Source: Candidatus Altimarinota bacterium (lineage in GTDB: Bacteria; Patescibacteriota; Gracilibacteria; UBA4473). From it: a DNA stretch of 64,000 bases. Shown one piece after another: positions 59,140-64,000 of the stretch; the stretch's first letter is position 1, and each line of letters opens with the position of its first letter. The translations under genes were made by a program, and so were the position numbers. The DNA lies in NCBI GenBank assembly GCA_965231215.1, contig OZ246423.1, forward strand, positions 1,024,001 to 1,088,000, written 5' to 3'. The notes beneath the pieces were generated by a model, which was not told the origin of the DNA, searched no databases, and saw only the letters and a program-made list of their open reading frames with translations.

Positions 59140-59847
59140 ATGTCAGACCAAACCTTCACCACGGTACAAGAAGCGCTTAATCACCCAGAGATTTTTCGAG
59201 TAAGTATTTTTGGTTCAGCTCGAACTAAACCTGGGGATAAAGAATACGATTTAGTACATGATCTAGCTTATGACCTGGGGAAAAGAGACATCAGTGTGGT
59301 AACTGGAGGGGGACCTGGTCAAATGGAAGCCGGAAATCAAGGGCATAAAGAAGCGTGCTCAAAAGCCAACTCTATTGGCCTTACGGTACACCTGCCTTTT
59401 GAAAATGAAGGAAACGAGCACCTAGATATGCAAAAACATTTTCAAAAATTTGGAAATCGTTTAGATCACTTTATGGCTCTTTCTAATGCCGTAGTAATTT
59501 CTGCGGGAGGCATTGGCACGTGTTTGGAATTTTTCTATACGCTCCAACTCACCCAAGTAAAACACATCTGCCCCATTCCCATTATTTTGATGGATCCTAT
59601 GTGGGAAGACCTACACGACTGGCTTAAAAATGTAGCGGTTAAAAGAGGTTTTGTCAGTGAAAAAGATCTCCATAATGTTCTAATAGCTAAAAATAAACAA
59701 GAAGCACTCCAAATTATTGAACAGACTAAAAAAGCTTTTGATGAAGGCGGTGGTGAAGTGTGTGTTAATGCTCAAATATATAAAATCACTCAAAAATCAG
59801 CCGATAATGTGGTAGAAAACCCAGATATGAAAGATTTAGCTCGGTAG
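59140..59847 (+). CDS. LOG-family (Rossmann fold) nucleotide phosphoribohydrolase
   Basis: IFGSAR, VTGGGPGQMEAGN and AGGIGTCLE. Confidence 0.88.
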   Translation: MSDQTFTTVQEALNHPEIFRVSIFGSARTKPGDKEYDLVHDLAYDLGKRDISVVTGGGPGQMEAGNQGHKEACSKANSIGLTVHLPFENEGNEHLDMQKHFQKFGNRLDHFMALSNAVVISAGGIGTCLEFFYTLQLTQVKHICPIPIILMDPMWEDLHDWLKNVAVKRGFVSEKDLHNVLIAKNKQEALQIIEQTKKAFDEGGGEVCVNAQIYKITQKSADNVVENPDMKDLAR

Positions 59848-59937
59848 ATTAAGATTTGGTAGTTTTGGTCACACGCTTTGATTTGGTTCATACTTTAAGT
59901 GTGTTAAAATTTGGGCTGAAATAATTCACAAAATTTT

Positions 59938-61365
59938 ATGGCGCAGTCTGATATTGGTTTGATAGGGTTGGCAGTAATGGGACAGAATTTAGCTCGGAAT
60001 ATTGCCTCTCGAGGTTTTTCAGTTTCGGTTTACAATCGGACCACGGCCACTATGGAAGCCTTTATTAAGGACCATGGAACAGATAATTTGGTCGGTCAAA
60101 CAGAGTTAAAAGACTTTGTAGAATCTATAAAAAGTCCACGAAAAATTATTATTATGGTAAAGGCTGGGGCTCCAGTAGATATGGTGATTGAATCTTTATT
60201 ACCATTGCTCGATAAAGGAGATACAATTATCGATTGTGGTAACACACACTTCCCAGACACTATCCGACGAGAAAAAGAACTCAGCCAAAAAGGATTTCAT
60301 TTTTTTGGAAGCGGGGTAAGTGGCGGAGAAGAAGGCGCACTCAAAGGCCCCAGTCTCATGCCCGGAGGCTCAAAAACCGTTTGGAATGAGCTCAAACCTA
60401 TTTGGGAAGCCATTGCCGCCAAAGACTTTGAGGGAAATCCGTGTACCACTTATATCGGGGAGAATGGAGCTGGGCATTATGTAAAAATGGTGCATAATGG
60501 AATTGAATATGGAGTCATGCAGATGATGGCTGAAGCCTATGACTTACTCAGCCGTAGTTTTGATCTATCTCCAGACGAAATAGCCGATATTTTTGAAAAA
60601 TACAATCAGGGAAAACTTCAGTCTTTCCTTTTTGAAATTTCGGTGCCGATTCTACGGCAAAAAGATGACCTTACCGATGATTATCTGATTAATAAAATTT
60701 TGGATAAAGCCGGTCAGAAAGGGACTGGGCGATGGACGGCCATTGAAGGGATGTCTAGAGGCGTAGATATTTCGGTGATCATTCAGGCCGTAAATGCCAG
60801 AATTGTTTCTAGCCGCAAAGACTATAGAACTCAGTTAGCTAAAAAGTATGAAGCCCCCCACAAAAATAATACGCTCCCAAAAGACGAATTAGAGGATATT
60901 ATACCCGTGTTGGAAAAAGCCCTCTATGCGGGAATGCTAATCAGTTATGCCCAGGGGTTTGACCTGCTTCGGGCAGCGGCTGAAGAAATGGAGTGGGATC
61001 TAAATTACGCCGAAATTGCTCGAATTTGGGAAGGGGGTTGTATTATTCGAGCTCAAATACTAAAAACCCTTCATGAAGCCTTCAAAAGCGCTAATAATGC
61101 GCCACTCTGGGAGATTGATGCAATCAGAAAAGACCTGCAAGATACATGGTTAGATATGCGAACGGTAGTGCAATTAGGAGCTCAAGTAGGCACCCCCATG
61201 TTTTGTTTAGGAGCTGGGCTTAGTAGTTTTGAATCTATGACAAGCGAAAGAGTATCGGCTAACTTTATCCAAGGGCAAAGAGACTTTTTTGGAGCTCATA
61301 CTTATCAGCGAACTGATCGTGAAGGCACCTTTCACACGGACTGGTCAGAGCACTGGAATGATTAA
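59938..61365 (+). CDS. gnd: 6-phosphogluconate dehydrogenase, NADP-dependent
   Basis: GLAVMGQN, YNRT, VSGGEEGA, HYVKMVHNGIEY and QRDFFGAHTY. Confidence 0.97.
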   Translation: MAQSDIGLIGLAVMGQNLARNIASRGFSVSVYNRTTATMEAFIKDHGTDNLVGQTELKDFVESIKSPRKIIIMVKAGAPVDMVIESLLPLLDKGDTIIDCGNTHFPDTIRREKELSQKGFHFFGSGVSGGEEGALKGPSLMPGGSKTVWNELKPIWEAIAAKDFEGNPCTTYIGENGAGHYVKMVHNGIEYGVMQMMAEAYDLLSRSFDLSPDEIADIFEKYNQGKLQSFLFEISVPILRQKDDLTDDYLINKILDKAGQKGTGRWTAIEGMSRGVDISVIIQAVNARIVSSRKDYRTQLAKKYEAPHKNNTLPKDELEDIIPVLEKALYAGMLISYAQGFDLLRAAAEEMEWDLNYAEIARIWEGGCIIRAQILKTLHEAFKSANNAPLWEIDAIRKDLQDTWLDMRTVVQLGAQVGTPMFCLGAGLSSFESMTSERVSANFIQGQRDFFGAHTYQRTDREGTFHTDWSEHWND

Positions 61366-61374
61366 TACCACCTT

Positions 61375-62829
61375 ATGAAAAACGACTTTCAAACCATTTT
61401 CAGAATTACCGATCCCTTCATCTTTACCGTCTTTGGAGCTTCAGGAGACTTAGCGAAGCTTAAGATTTTTCCAGCGCTCTTTGCCTTAGCCGAACAAAAC
61501 CGATTTCCAAAAGAGTTTGCTATTGTAGGGTACGCACGAACCCAAAAGACTCAGGAAGAATTTAGAGCTGAATTTTCGGCCTCTATCAAAGACCACTACA
61601 AAGGTGCTTGGGGCGAATATCAAGACCAAGTATTAACAAAACTACTGACTCATGTAGGGTATTATTCGGGGCAATATGATCGTCATGATGACTTTAAAGG
61701 ATACAAAAATTTTCTTTCTGAAAAGTTTAAAAAACTAGCTGACATTACACAAATCAGCTACTTTTCAGTGCCGCCATTTGTAGTAGATCCAATTATGCGG
61801 AATTTAGCGGAAGTTTTTGAACCCCAAGAAAATGATCTCAGAATTATTCTAGAGAAACCATTTGGTGATGATGAAGCCTCGGCTCGTCAACTCTTTAGAT
61901 GTATTAATAAATTTTATAGGCAAGACCAGGTGTATCTTTTAGACCACTACCTGGGCAAAAAAGCAGTGCGAAGTTTGATTCCGCTGCGGCATATGAACCG
62001 GATTCTAAATACTATGCTCAAAGGCCCTGAAATTGCTAATATCCAGATTTCGGCGTTAGAACCTATGGGAGTGGGGGAACGCATTGGGTATTTTGATGAA
62101 GTAGGGACACTCAAAGATGTGGTTCAGTCACATTTACTTCAAGTTTTGGCGATGTTGACCATGTCCATTCCTATTGAAGCTAATGCTGAAAGAGTTCAAG
62201 AAGAACGTGCCGCTATACTGGCGGCCCTAGAATTTGTCCCAGACAAAAACAATATTTCTCTAGGCCAATATGCAGAATACAAAAGTGAAGATGCGCAAGT
62301 AGCCAATTCTTCAACCAAAACTTTTGCAGCACTGAGATTAAATATTAATCGAGAGACCTGGTACAACGTGCCTATCTTTATGCGAACCGGGAAAAAGTTG
62401 CATGAAAAACATACGTTTCTGGTAGTAGAACTCAAAAAGTTTGCGTTTCAGGATGAATCGCATGAGCCTAATCGAGTGATTATCGAGTTTTTTCCTTCAG
62501 AATCTATTCAAATTCGTTTATTAGATGAAGATGGAGCCACAATGAGGCAGGGAGAAATTGCCGCCAGTGAATCTATTGCCTGTCATGGAGATTACTGTTT
62601 GCCCGAACATGGGTTGCTACTCTTAGACGTCATTCGCGGAGAAAAACGCTACTTCCTTAGCATGGACGAAATCATTGCTTCATGGCATATCATTGATCAG
62701 GTTATGGATTTTATTCAGACTCAAAAAATTAAACCAGAAATCTATGCTTCTGGAACCGAAGGGCCAAAAAATCAGCAAAATTTAATGAAGGGAACCGACT
62801 TCTCTTGGTATGATCCCCATGGGAAATAA
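61375..62829 (+). CDS. zwf: Glucose-6-phosphate 1-dehydrogenase
   Basis: FGASGDLA, EKPFG, DHYLGK and RTGKKL. Confidence 0.95.
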   Translation: MKNDFQTIFRITDPFIFTVFGASGDLAKLKIFPALFALAEQNRFPKEFAIVGYARTQKTQEEFRAEFSASIKDHYKGAWGEYQDQVLTKLLTHVGYYSGQYDRHDDFKGYKNFLSEKFKKLADITQISYFSVPPFVVDPIMRNLAEVFEPQENDLRIILEKPFGDDEASARQLFRCINKFYRQDQVYLLDHYLGKKAVRSLIPLRHMNRILNTMLKGPEIANIQISALEPMGVGERIGYFDEVGTLKDVVQSHLLQVLAMLTMSIPIEANAERVQEERAAILAALEFVPDKNNISLGQYAEYKSEDAQVANSSTKTFAALRLNINRETWYNVPIFMRTGKKLHEKHTFLVVELKKFAFQDESHEPNRVIIEFFPSESIQIRLLDEDGATMRQGEIAASESIACHGDYCLPEHGLLLLDVIRGEKRYFLSMDEIIASWHIIDQVMDFIQTQKIKPEIYASGTEGPKNQQNLMKGTDFSWYDPHGK

Positions 62830-62838
62830 TAAAAGATT

Positions 62839-63360
62839 ATGGGAAGTGTTAGATTAATAATGCCGGATATTAAATACCGAAAATCATTTCTAGAAGCCAT
62901 GGATGATTTTGAAAATGCTAAAATTGATGAATGGTTTTGGCCCCATGCAAATTCATCAAGAGAAACACTTCAGCCGTATTTGCAGATAATGAAAGAAAAC
63001 CATTTGGGCATCAATATTCCTAAAACTTTTGTTTCCAGTTCAATGTTCTGGCTACTTGAGGGTACAGAGGTCATTGGAAGAGTTCATATTCGTCATAAAT
63101 TAAATGAAAAACTTTTACAGAAAGGGGGGCACATTGGATACTACATTAAACCATCTAGGTGGAACCAGGGTTATGGAACTCAGGCTCTGAAGTTAGGACT
63201 TAAAAAGATGCCTGAGTGGGATATTCAAAAAGTTTTAGTGACGGCCGATGATAAAAATACAGCTTCATGGAAGATTATTGAAAAATGTGGAGGCGTATTG
63301 GAAAATAAGATTGTTGATGGAGAAAGTAATTTGATAAGAAGATATTGGATTAAGTTGTAA
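62839..63360 (+). CDS. GNAT N-acetyltransferase
   Basis: GGHIGYYIKPSRWNQGYG and NTASWKIIEKCGG. Confidence 0.9.
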   Translation: MGSVRLIMPDIKYRKSFLEAMDDFENAKIDEWFWPHANSSRETLQPYLQIMKENHLGINIPKTFVSSSMFWLLEGTEVIGRVHIRHKLNEKLLQKGGHIGYYIKPSRWNQGYGTQALKLGLKKMPEWDIQKVLVTADDKNTASWKIIEKCGGVLENKIVDGESNLIRRYWIKL

Positions 63361-63374
63361 AGTTTCATTTTTTT

Positions 63375-63449
63375 TGTCATCCTGCGCTTGTTTCAGGATC
63401 TTCCGAATTTTAAAAATATCGAAGATGCTGAAATAAATTCAGCATGACA
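63375..63449. repeat. REP-like twin-hairpin palindromic element
   Basis: TGTCATCCTG-cgcttgttt-CAGGATCTT ... AAGATGCTGAA-ataaa-TTCAGCATGACA; ends are complementary. Confidence 0.75.
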
Positions 63450-63457
63450 CTTTTGAT

Positions 63458-64000
63458 ATGGCCAATATCCAGACCTTTACCAACTCAAAAGACTTTGTAA
63501 ATAAGTCTGTTGAACTCGTGAATCAGACTCGAGACCACGCAGAAAAAAACTTCAGAATGGCTTTAAGTGGAGGAAGTTCAGCGGGCATTATTAATGCCTT
63601 ACAGCAAAAGAAGTTCTTATTTTTTCAGACAGAAATCTGGCAAGTAGATGAGCGGTTTGTATCACCAGATCACTCAGATTCTAACGCGAATTTGTTGAAA
63701 GGATACCTAGAAGGATCTGACTGGGATGAACGATTTTTCCCCATTTTAGATACGCCAGAAGCCAGCATTAAGGCCTATCAGGAAATGTTTGAACCGGATC
63801 TAGAAGGTTATCTTTTTGACCTAGTTGTCTTGGGGATTGGGCCAGATGGCCATACGGCATCTCTTTTTCCTGGAGCCGAAATCCTTGATAATGATTCAGA
63901 TTTAGTAGCCGTAACTCAGACAGATAAATTTGCGGTTAAGACTCGACTCACCTTAACCTTCGAAGCTCTCAAAAGAACTCGAAAAATTATAGTGCTTATG
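63458..64000 (+). CDS. pgl: 6-phosphogluconolactonase (3'-truncated by window edge)
   Basis: Hand translation: MANIQTF...ALSGGSS...VDERFV..DHSDSN...DLVVLGIGPDGHTASLFP...RLTLT. Confidence 0.93.
   Translation, partial: MANIQTFTNSKDFVNKSVELVNQTRDHAEKNFRMALSGGSSAGIINALQQKKFLFFQTEIWQVDERFVSPDHSDSNANLLKGYLEGSDWDERFFPILDTPEASIKAYQEMFEPDLEGYLFDLVVLGIGPDGHTASLFPGAEILDNDSDLVAVTQTDKFAVKTRLTLTFEALKRTRKIIVLM

Overview
Bacterial chromosomal window with no rRNA, tRNA, CRISPR array or transposase that I could recognise. It uses code 11: TGA acts as a stop in several ATGA gene overlaps. A Patescibacteria/CPR origin (Gracilibacteria/Peregrinibacteria-like) is inferred only from the scarcity of Shine-Dalgarno sites, the large orphan proteins and the gene content. 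Contents in order: a PfkB kinase-lipoprotein-ahcY unit; rpmA and uppS; a clustered MEP pathway (yjbQ-ispH-ispG-dxr-ispDF-ispE, no dxs); a CNNM/CBS transporter with an unannotated EPDP leader ORF; dnaN and mfd; an NTT-like MFS-HEAT protein; a V/A-type ATPase operon (G/H-I-K-E-C-F ... A) interrupted by a 17.6-kb opposite-strand block of six genes (giant SH3/SPOR-like protein, MoxR-like AAA+, transglutaminase-vWA fusion, three orphans); an FKBP; a PhcB-like methyltransferase + 7TM histidine kinase + dual-receiver cassette; hisS; and a tal-pgi-fbp-LOG-gnd-zwf-GNAT-pgl pentose-phosphate cluster. The best candidates for undescribed systems are (1) the phcB/phcS-like signalling cassette, (2) the six-gene block with a shared N-terminal motif, and (3) the MgtL-like leader peptide. 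All family assignments come from motif recognition by eye; no searches were run.
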